DNA of 64,000 bases. It comes from an uncultured Gulosibacter sp. Lineage in GTDB: Bacteria > Actinomycetota > Actinomycetes > Actinomycetales > Microbacteriaceae. The position numbers and the translations under genes were made by a program. The first letter of the stretch is position 1, and the number at the start of each line of letters is the position of its first letter. Location of the stretch: contig CAZRHP010000002.1 in NCBI GenBank assembly GCA_964599975.1, forward strand, positions 16,494 through 80,493, written 5' to 3'. Of this stretch, positions 20,700-30,663 are shown one piece after another. The notes under the pieces are model-generated. The model was not told the DNA's origin and did not search any database. It was given only the letters and a program-made list of their open reading frames with translations.

Positions 20700-23090
20700 T
20701 TACAAGGTCGCCGAATCCGCGACGATTCCCCGTCGAATCAGGGTGATGGCCTGTCGCGCCGTTTCTCCCAGATCGCCCGTGCTCACCTTAGAAATCTGAT
20801 CCAAACCATCGATGACCTGCTTGCACCACCGCACAAAATCTCCGCCCGCAAGATTGCACTCACGCAAAACGGAATCTAGACGCTGGCCCTTTGCCCACCG
20901 TTGCATGCCCAGTGCGAGCCCTGTTGCCAGGGCTGGAGTGCCCGGCAAGCGGGCAGAATCCTCGATTTCAGTCAGCGCATCCCACGCCTTTTCCATTTCC
21001 ACCAGAACGGAGGGGAAATTTCCCTTGGGCAGGCGACCCATCTGCCAGTTGTCATCGTCCCGGCGAGCCTCGAAGACAACACAGGACACGACAGCGACGA
21101 GTGTGGTGGCATCAAGTGCGTCCCACAGGCCACGACGCAGGCATTCGGCTACCAACAGATCTCGTTCGCCATAAATGCGGCGAAGGTTGGCGCCCGCCTC
21201 GGTAACAAAGGTTTCGCCCTTGTGCTCTTCGAGGTAACCCAATTCGTGCAGAACGTTGCATACGCGGTCGAAACGTACCGCGATAGCCCCCGTCTTGCCC
21301 TCGATTTCACGCGTTGCGGTATCGATTTGCTTGCGCAGACGCCAGTAACGCTCGGCCCAGCGTGCGTGTTGTTCGCGATCGGGGCAGGCATGACAACTGT
21401 GCTTTCGCAGGCTGGACCGCAGTTTCTCGATCTGGGCGAGACGTTTCTGACGGACGGACACAGGGCCCGGACCAGCATTGTTGTCTTTGCGCTCGAGGTC
21501 CGATAGTTCACGTCGGATTGATGAATAGACGGCAAAGTCGCCCAGGTGGCACTCCATCGCCTTGTCGTAGTCGGCAAGTGCTGCTGTGTTCTTTTTGACG
21601 TCACGTGCCAGCGTGACCACCGCACGGTCAGCCTGGAACTGTGCAAGTGATTCCTCGAGAATTTCACGGGCGACCTGTCGACCGTAGCGCTCGATGAGGT
21701 TCACGGCCATGTTGTAGGTGGGTCTGAACGAGGAGTACAACGGATAACTGCGCCGAGAAGCCAAAGCTCCCAGAGCGTGGGGATTCATCCCGGAACGCCA
21801 CACAATCACGGCATGGCCCTCCGTGTCGATACCGCGACGACCCGCACGGCCGGTCAGCTGCGTGTATTCACCCGATGTGATTGGGACGCGCGCCTCACCA
21901 TTGAATTTTTCCAGTTTGTCGATGACAACGCTACGAGCGGGCATGTTGATGCCCAGCGCCAGTGTGTCCGTGGCAAATACAACCTTGACCAATTTCGCGC
22001 GGAACAGATGCTCGACGGTTTCCTTGAATACAGGAATGAGGCCAGCGTGATGAGCGGCGACGCCACACAACAGGGCTTCTTCCCATTCGGCGAACCCCAG
22101 CGACGCCAGGTCCTCGGAGTGCAGATGAGCGGTTCGTTCGTCGATTACCCGACGAATTTCCACTCGCTCCTCGGGCGTGGTTAGCTCTGCGCCGGCATAC
22201 AGCATGTCGGCAACGGCGCGATCGCACCCCACCCGGGAGAAGATGAAAAAGATGCCCGGCAGCAGCCCCTGCTGGTGCAGAGTCCAGACGATGTCAACGG
22301 GCCCACCACGACGATCGCGGTTGTGATGTCCGTGGCGTTTACCCGAGGAATGCCCCAAACGGATTACGTCGTAGTTAATACGAGGCGGGTTCGCCCACTC
22401 CCCTCCCTCTTCGAAAAGGTCGGACAGGTTTCCCCCGGAATAGACATGCTGGTACAAGGGAACGGGGCGGTCCTCGCTGACAATGACATCGGTTGAACCT
22501 CGGACGGCGTGAAGCCAGTCCCCGAATTCCTCGGCATTGGACACGGTTGCGCTGAGCGACACCAAATTGACGCTCGGCGGGAGGTGCAAAATGACTTCTT
22601 CCCAGACGGGGCCACGGAACTTGTCTGCGAGGAAGTGCACCTCGTCCAGAATCACGAAGTGCAGGTCCATCAAGGCGCTGCTGCCCGCATAGATCATGTT
22701 GCGAAGAACCTCGGTCGTCATGATGACGATGCGGGCGTTGGGGTTGATGGACGTATCGCCCGTCAGCAAACCGACGCTCTCGGGTCCGTATTCCAGCACA
22801 AGCTCGTTGTACTTCTGATTTGACAGCGCCTTCATGGGCGTTGTGTAAAAGGTCTTGCCTGCGTCCGTCACCTGCGACAGGTACACGGCAAATTCGGCGA
22901 CAATAGTCTTGCCTGCGCCGGTGGGAGCGGCAACGAGCACGCTGCGCCCTTCCTCGAGTACCTCACACGCTGCGATTTGAAAGGTGTCGAGGTCGAATGA
23001 CAGGCGATCGCGGAATTGACTGAGATGTGGATGTTTGAGCCGAGACTGAGCCTGCGCATATTTCTCTGCAGGTGTCAGGTCTTCGCTCAC
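20700..23090 (-). CDS. helY: Ski2-like DEAD/DEAH-box RNA helicase HelY
   Basis: Walker A APTGAGKT and DEVH box ILDEVHFL. 796 aa, in the conserved tatAC-helY position. Confidence 0.92.
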   Translation of the reverse strand: MSEDLTPAEKYAQAQSRLKHPHLSQFRDRLSFDLDTFQIAACEVLEEGRSVLVAAPTGAGKTIVAEFAVYLSQVTDAGKTFYTTPMKALSNQKYNELVLEYGPESVGLLTGDTSINPNARIVIMTTEVLRNMIYAGSSALMDLHFVILDEVHFLADKFRGPVWEEVILHLPPSVNLVSLSATVSNAEEFGDWLHAVRGSTDVIVSEDRPVPLYQHVYSGGNLSDLFEEGGEWANPPRINYDVIRLGHSSGKRHGHHNRDRRGGPVDIVWTLHQQGLLPGIFFIFSRVGCDRAVADMLYAGAELTTPEERVEIRRVIDERTAHLHSEDLASLGFAEWEEALLCGVAAHHAGLIPVFKETVEHLFRAKLVKVVFATDTLALGINMPARSVVIDKLEKFNGEARVPITSGEYTQLTGRAGRRGIDTEGHAVIVWRSGMNPHALGALASRRSYPLYSSFRPTYNMAVNLIERYGRQVAREILEESLAQFQADRAVVTLARDVKKNTAALADYDKAMECHLGDFAVYSSIRRELSDLERKDNNAGPGPVSVRQKRLAQIEKLRSSLRKHSCHACPDREQHARWAERYWRLRKQIDTATREIEGKTGAIAVRFDRVCNVLHELGYLEEHKGETFVTEAGANLRRIYGERDLLVAECLRRGLWDALDATTLVAVVSCVVFEARRDDDNWQMGRLPKGNFPSVLVEMEKAWDALTEIEDSARLPGTPALATGLALGMQRWAKGQRLDSVLRECNLAGGDFVRWCKQVIDGLDQISKVSTGDLGETARQAITLIRRGIVADSATL

Positions 23091-23866
23091 GCAAATTCTC
23101 CGAGGACTCGTGCCTGTTTACGTGCAACGCGCTTGTCGTGAATTGACGCGACACCGGCGGCGAGGAAGTACAAAGCGAGCATGGGAATCGCGAGAATAAA
23201 CATCGACAAGACGTCCGCAGCCGGTGTCGCCATTGCGGTAAACACGGTGATGGACAGAACGGCCCAACGCCATCCCTTGAGAATGTCGCGAGCGGTCAGG
23301 ACACCGGCGAAGTTCAGCAACACCAGGAAGACCGGCAGGACGAAGCCGACACCAATGGCCAGGATAAATTTCACCGTGAAGTCGAGATAGTACTTTGCTG
23401 TCAAGAGGGTGGTGGATTCCTGTGGGGCAAATCCGACCATCAGTTCGACAACGTGAGGGAAAACCCACCAACCCGCCAAACACCCAGCGATGAACAGGGG
23501 AACCGCAGCCCCAAAGAAGCTGACGACATACAGTTTTTCTTTGCGAACCAGTGCGGGCACAATGAACGCCCAAATCTGATAGAGCCAGACAGGACTGGTC
23601 AGAATGATTCCCACCGTCAGGGAAATTGCGATCTTGGTGTCAAATGCCTCGGTGATGGAGGTGTAGTTAATCTCCGCGAGACGACCGCTGGCCTCTGCGA
23701 TCTCCAAGATAGGTGTTGCGATTGCATTCCAGACAAAGTCCGAAATGAGGTAGCCGCCGATGGCGCCTGCCGCAATTGCGGCGGCAGCAATAAAGAGCCG
23801 CTTACGGAATTCGACGAGATGCTCGCCCAGCGACATTCTGCCGTCAGCGTTGCGCGATCGCGCCAC
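23087..23866 (-). CDS. tatC: twin-arginine translocase subunit TatC
   Basis: 259 aa with 6 TM segments and an HLVEFRKRL N-terminus. Overlaps the helY start. Confidence 0.95.
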   Translation of the reverse strand: MARSRNADGRMSLGEHLVEFRKRLFIAAAAIAAGAIGGYLISDFVWNAIATPILEIAEASGRLAEINYTSITEAFDTKIAISLTVGIILTSPVWLYQIWAFIVPALVRKEKLYVVSFFGAAVPLFIAGCLAGWWVFPHVVELMVGFAPQESTTLLTAKYYLDFTVKFILAIGVGFVLPVFLVLLNFAGVLTARDILKGWRWAVLSITVFTAMATPAADVLSMFILAIPMLALYFLAAGVASIHDKRVARKQARVLGEFA

Positions 23867-23868
23867 GA

Positions 23869-24063
23869 TTACTTCTTGGCTGCAGTTTCCGACGAAGCGG
23901 AGTCATCGGTGTCGGGCAGTTCCTTGTTCTTCATTTCGTTCTTGAAGATGTTCAAGGACTGTCCGAGGCTCTTGGCCAGACCGGGAAGCTTAGGAGCACC
24001 GAACACCAACAAAACGATGACGAGAATGATGACTGCGTGCCATCCGTTGAGGTTGCCCCACAT
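23869..24063 (-). CDS. tatA: twin-arginine translocase subunit TatA
   Basis: 64 aa. TM segment plus amphipathic helix VLLVFGAPKLPGLAKSLGQSL. Confidence 0.9.
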   Translation of the reverse strand: MWGNLNGWHAVIILVIVLLVFGAPKLPGLAKSLGQSLNIFKNEMKNKELPDTDDSASSETAAKK

Positions 24064-24093
24064 GAGCGACTCCTTTGCCTTAGTGCTCTTATT

Positions 24094-25086
24094 CTATGGT
24101 GCTGCGACAAAATCGGCGTAACGATTGAGCGCACTTCGCGCCCGTCGAGACACTTCGGAACGCGCTTCGGCGTTGTCGACAATCGTGATAGTTCCGGGAA
24201 GCCCCATCACGAGTCGGACGAGTCGGCCCTGGTGGACGAACGGAATGCGAACAGAGGCGCGGTCCCCCGACAGTGTTGCTGACTCCCCCGCAGGAATGTA
24301 TTCGGTAATGAGTGGTACAGCGCTGGCGGGCATCGACAGTGTCGCAACGACGTCGTCGTCAGTGCGTTCAAAAAGGTTTTCGTTCAAGCTAAAGGGGCTC
24401 ACGAGTGTGCCATCGACAGGGACGTTCAGAACCTCAAGATGCGAGATGCGCGCGACATCAAAAGTGCGGACCTGTGATGACTTGTAGCACCACGCCTTGA
24501 GGTACATGGCGTTGTCCTCGGTGTGGATCAGATACGGATCGGCTTCGCGTTCCGACACACCACCCTGCTTATTCACATAACCAAAACGGATTCGCGACAC
24601 ACCTTGAGCGCTCATGAGATTCCGGACCGTGGTGGAAGCGGACGACAAATCGATTGCCATATGTTCTGGAACCGGATCGACTGTGCCCCCAAGTTTCGTC
24701 AACAGAGAGGCATACTCGGGCAAATTGCGATACATCGGGTGTGTACCAAGGATTTTCAGACCCGCGAGCAGTGTGGCTCGATGCTTTGCCGAAAACTGAA
24801 CGGGCTTCGTGAGAACATCGGCAACCACAATCTGGATCACACCCTCGGACTCCAGCAGTGTCCAGTCGATGTCAAAGATGTCGTGTTGCAGACCCTTGGA
24901 CGCCTCACCCGACGCGCCGGCACATCCGACCGTGGTAATTGCAGCAACAACCTTCTGAGGCGTTGTGCCATAAATTTCTGCAGCTTCATCGACGCTGACT
25001 CGGCCACCATGCTGAAAAAGATAGGCAGAAATCCAGGTAAAAAGCTCGAGACGGTCGCGTGCTGAATCGCCAGTCGGTCTAGCCAT
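24094..25086 (-). CDS. pafC: WYL-domain transcriptional regulator PafC
   Basis: 330 aa, second of two paralogous HTH-WYL genes directly upstream of tatA-tatC-helY. Overlaps the pafB stop. Confidence 0.8.
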   Translation of the reverse strand: MARPTGDSARDRLELFTWISAYLFQHGGRVSVDEAAEIYGTTPQKVVAAITTVGCAGASGEASKGLQHDIFDIDWTLLESEGVIQIVVADVLTKPVQFSAKHRATLLAGLKILGTHPMYRNLPEYASLLTKLGGTVDPVPEHMAIDLSSASTTVRNLMSAQGVSRIRFGYVNKQGGVSEREADPYLIHTEDNAMYLKAWCYKSSQVRTFDVARISHLEVLNVPVDGTLVSPFSLNENLFERTDDDVVATLSMPASAVPLITEYIPAGESATLSGDRASVRIPFVHQGRLVRLVMGLPGTITIVDNAEARSEVSRRARSALNRYADFVAAP

Positions 25087-26068
25087 GGTGGGCCTCCAAG
25101 AGGGTGAGACGGCCGATCACGGCGTCGCGCAAGGATTCTGGTGACACGACGAGCACATCATCGGCAAATGCACAGAGCTGGTCCGCGAATATCGCTTCGT
25201 CTACGTAGTGCACGACGTGGATGCCGTCACCGTGGGATTCGGTGCCCCTGCGGTTGTTCAATACAACCTCGGCCTCGGACCCTGCTGTGACATGAATCCG
25301 TGCGGCGGTCGAATCCCATAGTTCCCGCAGTTCCCGCAGTGCGACCTCGGTGTGTTCCGCGTGTGCGGGGTGCAGTGACCGTCCAGCCGAAACAGGCAGG
25401 GAGACCATGCGTTGCAGGAGGAAATTTCGCGTGGCCTGACGGGCGTGATCGAAACCGTGCAACATCCAGTGGCCCTCAAACTGAATTAGCCCAAGGCCAG
25501 AAACGTGGCGTGTTTCCACACGTGTTTCGCCGGGCTTCAGATACAGGAATTTGCTTGCCTTGGCCCGCGCGATGTGGTCGGTCAGCACGGGGAATGCGGG
25601 GTCATGCGTAGTGACTCGTGGGGCGTACCCCAAAAACTCACTGCTGGCTGTGACATCGAGAGCAGCGATGCGTCGCGCTGATGCACGGGCATCATCAGAC
25701 AGGCTGGACTGATGCCAAATTGCCGAGGCATTGTTGAGGATGTTGACCTCGGTAGAGCTGAAGGACTCCATGCCGTAGTCCTCTTGCCGGATGAAATACC
25801 GAATATCGGCGGGATTCTCGGCGCCGTTGTCCGACAACGGGAAGCCAACGGAACGAATGGTGTCCTTATCGCGCTCGAAAACCTTGTCCAGTGCATCGCT
25901 GCTGCCCTGCGTCGTAAAGGTTTCTCGATATCCACGGACGTTGTGAAAGATTTCGGACTTGCTCATCCCAGCGGAGGTACTGAGTAACGCCATAACGAGG
26001 CACAAATAGCGTTCCTCGGGACTCACCGTGGAGTCGAAACGGATACCGGAATCCTGTGGAGTGGACAT
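25079..26068 (-). CDS. pafB: WYL-domain transcriptional regulator PafB
   Basis: N-terminus RYLCLVMALLSTSAGMSKSEIFHNVRGY...FERDKDTIRSVGFPL matches the remembered PafB pattern. Confidence 0.8.
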   Translation of the reverse strand: MSTPQDSGIRFDSTVSPEERYLCLVMALLSTSAGMSKSEIFHNVRGYRETFTTQGSSDALDKVFERDKDTIRSVGFPLSDNGAENPADIRYFIRQEDYGMESFSSTEVNILNNASAIWHQSSLSDDARASARRIAALDVTASSEFLGYAPRVTTHDPAFPVLTDHIARAKASKFLYLKPGETRVETRHVSGLGLIQFEGHWMLHGFDHARQATRNFLLQRMVSLPVSAGRSLHPAHAEHTEVALRELRELWDSTAARIHVTAGSEAEVVLNNRRGTESHGDGIHVVHYVDEAIFADQLCAFADDVLVVSPESLRDAVIGRLTLLEAHHG

Positions 26069-26127
26069 GTATTTACCCTAATCGCGCCACGGCGATTCAG
26101 GGTCTTCCCTCGCGTAATTCCAGAGAA

Positions 26128-27108
26128 TTAATTACCCTCGCGCAGGGTTTGCTGGGCGAGTTCCGTGGCGTTGCGCGCGGCCTTACGCAGACGCTTGTCC
26201 GAGGGAGTTCGGTCCCCTACCGAGCCGGGGGTCCACGCCTCGATATCTTCGTCTGCAAATTCGGGCTTGTTCTTGCGCTGAGGAACCGGCAAGACCGCAC
26301 CGGGGGCCAGTCGGCGCGAAATGGTGAGGAAACCGGTGTGCGCGATCATGCGGTGGTCGGGTCGTACGGCGAGTCCCTCGACGTGCCAGGTGCGGACCAG
26401 CGTCTCGGAGCATTCGGCGTCGGCATAATCGCCGCGAGAGCGGAGGGCTTCCACCACACGAGACATCTGTGTGACCGTAGCGATGTAGCAGACGAGCACA
26501 CCACCGGGTGCCAGCGCCTCGGTAACTGCATCCAGACATTCCCAGGGAGCCAACATATCCAACACCACGCGGTCAACAGAGCCGGGCTCAACCGTTGCCG
26601 GTAGTGCCTCGGCGAGGTCGCCCAAAACGATGCGATGGTTTTCGGGTGCGCCGCCAAACTGCGCCGCAATATTTCCCGCGGCAATTTCCGCAAATTCCGC
26701 GCGACGTTCAAACGAGATGAGTTCACCGGTGGACCCTACTGCGCGCAACAACGACATCGACAGGGCGCCGCTACCGACGCCGGCCTCGACCACCCGTGCG
26801 CCGGGGTAGATGTCGGCAAACGCCACGATCTGGCCAGCATCCTTGGGGTACACAATCGCGGCGCCACGCGGCATCGACATGGCAAAATCCGCGAGCAAGG
26901 GGCGCAGAGCTAGGTATTCGACTCCGAACGAATTCGCCACAACGCTACCCTCGGGAAGTCCCACGAGGTCTGCATGCAACAACACTCCGCGGTGCGAGTG
27001 GAATCCGCCCTCCTCCGTCAGAGTCATCGTCACCTTGCGGCCCTTGGCGTCCGTCAGTTGAACTCGGTCACCGAAAACGAAAGGTCCTCGTACGTGGGGA
27101 GTGGTCAT
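26128..27108 (-). CDS. trmI: tRNA (adenine58-N1)-methyltransferase
   Basis: GDRVQL...GRK N-domain and SAM site VVEAGVGSGALS. ATG 27108 forms an ATGA overlap with the upstream HAD gene. Confidence 0.88.
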   Translation of the reverse strand: MTTPHVRGPFVFGDRVQLTDAKGRKVTMTLTEEGGFHSHRGVLLHADLVGLPEGSVVANSFGVEYLALRPLLADFAMSMPRGAAIVYPKDAGQIVAFADIYPGARVVEAGVGSGALSMSLLRAVGSTGELISFERRAEFAEIAAGNIAAQFGGAPENHRIVLGDLAEALPATVEPGSVDRVVLDMLAPWECLDAVTEALAPGGVLVCYIATVTQMSRVVEALRSRGDYADAECSETLVRTWHVEGLAVRPDHRMIAHTGFLTISRRLAPGAVLPVPQRKNKPEFADEDIEAWTPGSVGDRTPSDKRLRKAARNATELAQQTLREGN

Positions 27109-27773
27109 GACTGACCCTTTCTTGCTGAATAAGCGGAAACAATATCGTCGAACGATCGACCCACCAACGAGTGCCACAACTCATAATTCTCGGGACGCTC
27201 GGGAAGCGGTGCGTGCAGCGGAACAGCGATAGTCGTTGCCCCGCTCGCAACGGCGCTGCTGGTGCCGGGAACCGAGTCCTCGAACGCGACACACTCGAGA
27301 ATCGGTACACCGATGGCTGAGGCTGCTGCCCAATACGGCTCTGGGTGTGGCTTGGAATGCGTAACCTCATCGCCCGTGATGGACGCCGTAAAAAAACCAC
27401 ACTCGTCAATCACGATTTGCGCGAGAGAGCGGTAGCTCATGGTGACCAAAACCTGCGGAATTCCCGCATCCTGAACGGATTGCAGCAGATCCCGTGCGCC
27501 TGGACGCCACGGTATGTGAGAACGCAAGTGGGTTTCGACCGAGGCAACGAGACGCTCCACGATGACCTCGGGTTCCAGATCGATACCCCGCGCTTGCAGG
27601 TAGCGACCAGAATCCAAAAGTCCCTTACCGACAAGGCTGAGACCGTCGACGTCAGTCCACTCCACACCGTGCTCCAGCGCCAGGTCACGTTCCGCGTCAA
27701 TCCACGCGGGTTCGGAGTCGATCAGGGTACCGTCGAGGTCCCACAAAACAGCGGAGGGAAATTGTGCGCTCAC
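27105..27773 (-). CDS. HAD-family hydrolase
   Basis: DLDGTLIDSE motif I and the C-terminal FEDSVPG motif. Confidence 0.85.
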   Translation of the reverse strand: MSAQFPSAVLWDLDGTLIDSEPAWIDAERDLALEHGVEWTDVDGLSLVGKGLLDSGRYLQARGIDLEPEVIVERLVASVETHLRSHIPWRPGARDLLQSVQDAGIPQVLVTMSYRSLAQIVIDECGFFTASITGDEVTHSKPHPEPYWAAASAIGVPILECVAFEDSVPGTSSAVASGATTIAVPLHAPLPERPENYELWHSLVGRSFDDIVSAYSARKGQS

Positions 27774-27842
27774 AACACACGAGTCTAGGGTGTCACCGCA
27801 GTGTCCAGACGACGAGGAATAGGCTTAAACGTGGAGGTCCAG

Positions 27843-28682
27843 ATGACGAATTTTTCCATTTCCACCGGTCGCCCACTGATTGTGGCGTTCGAAGGCTGGA
27901 ACGATGCGGGTGAGGCTGCCAGCACCGCGGTGAAAGCCGTCATCGACCGATTCGATTTGGTTCAAGGCTTTTCGGTGGAAACCGAGCTGTATTACGACTA
28001 CCAGTTGGTTCGGCCCACGATTGAATTCACAACCGATGATGACCGGCGGATTCACTGGCCGACAGCGAGCCTCTTTGTCCCCGCCGATATCGCGACCAAC
28101 GCGATGGTGCTTCTGGGTACGGAACCGTCCCGTTCATGGCCCACTTTTGCCGCAACATTCCTCGACGAGGCACTCGCCGCCGACATCACGGGAATCATTG
28201 TGGTGGGCAGCATGCTCGCCGATGTGCCACACACTCGCCCGATCGAGGTCACCTGCACCAGCGACAACCCGGAAGTTCGCGCCGCCCTGGGATGTGAACG
28301 GTCACAGTACGAAGGTCCGATTGGAATCCCTACGGTCTTTGCCCAATTCGCGGAACAGGTCGGGATTCCCAGTGTCGCCGTATGGGCCTCGGTGCCGCAT
28401 TACGTTCACAATTCCCCCTCGCCCAAGGTCGCTCGCGCCCTCATGACGAAAATTATGGAGATTACCGGTATTGAGCTCGACACAACCCAGCTTGATGTCG
28501 AATCCGAGAATTGGGAGAAGGGTGTCAACGACATGGTCGCGGGCGACGATGACCTGACCGAATACATTGCCCAGCTGGAGGAAAAGCGCGATGCCGAAAC
28601 TTCAGCGGAAGCGAGCGGCGATGCCTTGGCCGAGGAATTTGAGAAGTTTCTGCGCGATTCGGGAGAAACCCCGGAGAACTAA
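27843..28682 (+). CDS. PAC2 (proteasome assembly chaperone 2-like) family protein
   Basis: LIVAFEGWNDAGEAAS N-terminus typical of actinobacterial PAC2 proteins. GGAGG RBS precedes ATG 27843. Confidence 0.8.
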   Translation: MTNFSISTGRPLIVAFEGWNDAGEAASTAVKAVIDRFDLVQGFSVETELYYDYQLVRPTIEFTTDDDRRIHWPTASLFVPADIATNAMVLLGTEPSRSWPTFAATFLDEALAADITGIIVVGSMLADVPHTRPIEVTCTSDNPEVRAALGCERSQYEGPIGIPTVFAQFAEQVGIPSVAVWASVPHYVHNSPSPKVARALMTKIMEITGIELDTTQLDVESENWEKGVNDMVAGDDDLTEYIAQLEEKRDAETSAEASGDALAEEFEKFLRDSGETPEN

Positions 28683-29560
28683 GCACCGTCGGTAATAAAG
28701 CCGTTCGAGAGTGCAATCAGAAGTGCGCCACCGACCGCAATTCTCCAGATGACGAAGGGCATAAACGAACGCTTTTCCAGATAGCGCATCAGGAATGCAA
28801 TGACCAACCATCCGACGCCAAAGGCAAGTACGGTTGCTGCCAACGTTTCTACTCCGCTAAACGAATTAGACGGTTCGTTGATGGCGTGAACAAGCTCGTA
28901 GATTCCACTCGCGAGGACAGCAGGAATTGCCAACAAGAAGGCAAATCGGGCCGCGGCCTGTCGAGTGTAGCCCAAAGCGAGACCCATCGAGATGGTGGCG
29001 CCCGAGCGAGAAACGCCGGGAATCAGGGCTAACGCCTGGGCAAGACCCAAAACCAGTCCATGTGATGTCCCCATTGATCGGATGTCCCTAATTTTACGTC
29101 CCGCAAGATCGGCGACGAGCAGAATCAGCCCAAACACAATGAGCACCGTTCCGACAATCCATAGCGAACGGAAAGTTGACCGAATTTCGTCCTGAAAAAC
29201 AAGGCCGAGAACCGCGATGGGAATTGTCCCCACAATGATGTACCAACCCAGGCGAGCGTCCGCGCGATCGTCGGCGGTGAGGGCGGGCGCAGACTTGTGA
29301 ATGCGACCCACAAGCGAAGCCCACCAGACACGAATAATGCGAAGGATATCTCCCGCAAAATACAACAGAACGGCCAATTCGGTACCGATTTGAGTGATTG
29401 CCGTGAACGTCGCGCCAGGGTCCTCCCCCGATGGCATAAACAGCCCGGCGATTCGCAGGTGGGCTGAAGAAGAAATCGGCAGAAACTCGGTCACACCCTG
29501 GATGAGCCCCAGGAGCAAAGCCTCAGCGAGTTTGTTGATGCCAAAAAAATCCATGTTCAC
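28679..29560 (-). CDS. uppP: undecaprenyl-diphosphate phosphatase
   Basis: BacA motifs QGVTEFLPISSSAHL and PGVSRSGATI. Confidence 0.95.
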   Translation of the reverse strand: MNMDFFGINKLAEALLLGLIQGVTEFLPISSSAHLRIAGLFMPSGEDPGATFTAITQIGTELAVLLYFAGDILRIIRVWWASLVGRIHKSAPALTADDRADARLGWYIIVGTIPIAVLGLVFQDEIRSTFRSLWIVGTVLIVFGLILLVADLAGRKIRDIRSMGTSHGLVLGLAQALALIPGVSRSGATISMGLALGYTRQAAARFAFLLAIPAVLASGIYELVHAINEPSNSFSGVETLAATVLAFGVGWLVIAFLMRYLEKRSFMPFVIWRIAVGGALLIALSNGFITDGA

Positions 29561-29675
29561 TGTTTCCGTCTCGAGTACACGACCAAATCGGCCCCACTCG
29601 TCATGCTAGACCACAGTCTGGTTTTAACTCTGGCGAACATCGTGCTAATGTCGTACTCGTTGCTACACAACACCT

Positions 29676-29758
29676 GCGCGGGTGGCGGAATGGCAGACGC
29701 GCTAGCTTGAGGTGCTAGTGCCCGTAAGGGCGTGGGGGTTCAAGTCCCCCTTCGCGCA
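29676..29758 (+). tRNA. tRNA-Leu (anticodon GAG), long variable arm, no encoded CCA
   Basis: Hand-folded. Acceptor stem is GCGCGGG/TTCGCGC (two G-U pairs) and anticodon stem CTAGC/GCTAG with loop TTGAGGT. The variable arm is CCCGTAAGGG and the T arm GGGGG-TTCAAGT-CCCCC. Confidence 0.93.
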
Positions 29759-29762
29759 CAGT

Positions 29763-29797
29763 AAGGCCCCTAACTTAGGTTGGGGGCCTTTCTTATT
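29763..29797 (+). terminator. intrinsic terminator after tRNA-Leu
   Basis: 12-bp stem AAGGCCCCTAAC/GTTGGGGGCCTT, loop TTAG, then TCTTATT. It overlaps the stop of the convergent methyltransferase gene. Confidence 0.75.
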
Positions 29798-30632
29798 GCT
29801 CAGATTCGGACAGCGCATACAACGCGACGGCGCTCGCGGCGGCGACATTGAGTGAATCGATTCCCTGCTGCATGGGAATCATCACGGTGCGGTCACAGAC
29901 AGCAATCGTTTCCGGTGCCAAGCCGTGCCCCTCGGTCCCCAAAACCAGCGCAACCTTGCCGTGGTTTTCGGCAATGAATTCACGAAGGGTGATGGCGCGT
30001 TCATCGAGTGCTAATGCAGCGATCGTAAAACCGAGTCGTTGAAGTTCCTTAATTCCCCTCGGCCACTCGGTCAGGCGAGTCCAGGGAACCTGAAATACCG
30101 TACCCATCGACACCCGAACGCTGCGGCGGTACAACGGGTCCGCGCACTCCGGCGACACGAGAACGACATCGGCGCCCAAGGCAGCCACACTGCGAAATAT
30201 CGCACCGACGTTGGTGTGGTCGACAATATTTTCTAAAATCACGACACGTCGGGCATCGGCAACGAGGGCCGCAAGCTCAGGTAACACGGGTCGATGCATG
30301 CTGGCGATTACCCCACGATGCACGTCGAAACCGGTAATTGATTCAATAGCGTCGGCCGGTCCGACATAGACGGGAACGTCATAGTCGGCGAGCAACGGTT
30401 CAAGTTGCGGAAGCCACTTTTCCTGGGTCACGACGGCGCGTGGTGTGTGGCCAGCTCTGAGGGCCCTGGTGAGAACTTTGACGGATTCCGCGAGGTAGAT
30501 GCCGCGTTCCGGTTCGAGCTTTCGACGCAGTGCTACATCCGTGAGATGCAGAAAGTCGTCGAATTCGCCGCCCGAAACATCTGAAATGTCGATCCTGTGC
30601 ACACTGCACCTCCCCGCCACAACATTAGTCAC
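29793..30632 (-). CDS. TrmH/SpoU-family RNA 2'-O-methyltransferase
   Basis: SPOUT knot motifs NVGAIFRS, ALVLGTEGHGL and IPMQQGIDSLNVAAASAVALY. Confidence 0.85.
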   Translation of the reverse strand: MTNVVAGRCSVHRIDISDVSGGEFDDFLHLTDVALRRKLEPERGIYLAESVKVLTRALRAGHTPRAVVTQEKWLPQLEPLLADYDVPVYVGPADAIESITGFDVHRGVIASMHRPVLPELAALVADARRVVILENIVDHTNVGAIFRSVAALGADVVLVSPECADPLYRRSVRVSMGTVFQVPWTRLTEWPRGIKELQRLGFTIAALALDERAITLREFIAENHGKVALVLGTEGHGLAPETIAVCDRTVMIPMQQGIDSLNVAAASAVALYALSESEQ

Positions 30633-30663
30633 CGGCTCGGAGCCAGATGAATAGAATCGGGAT

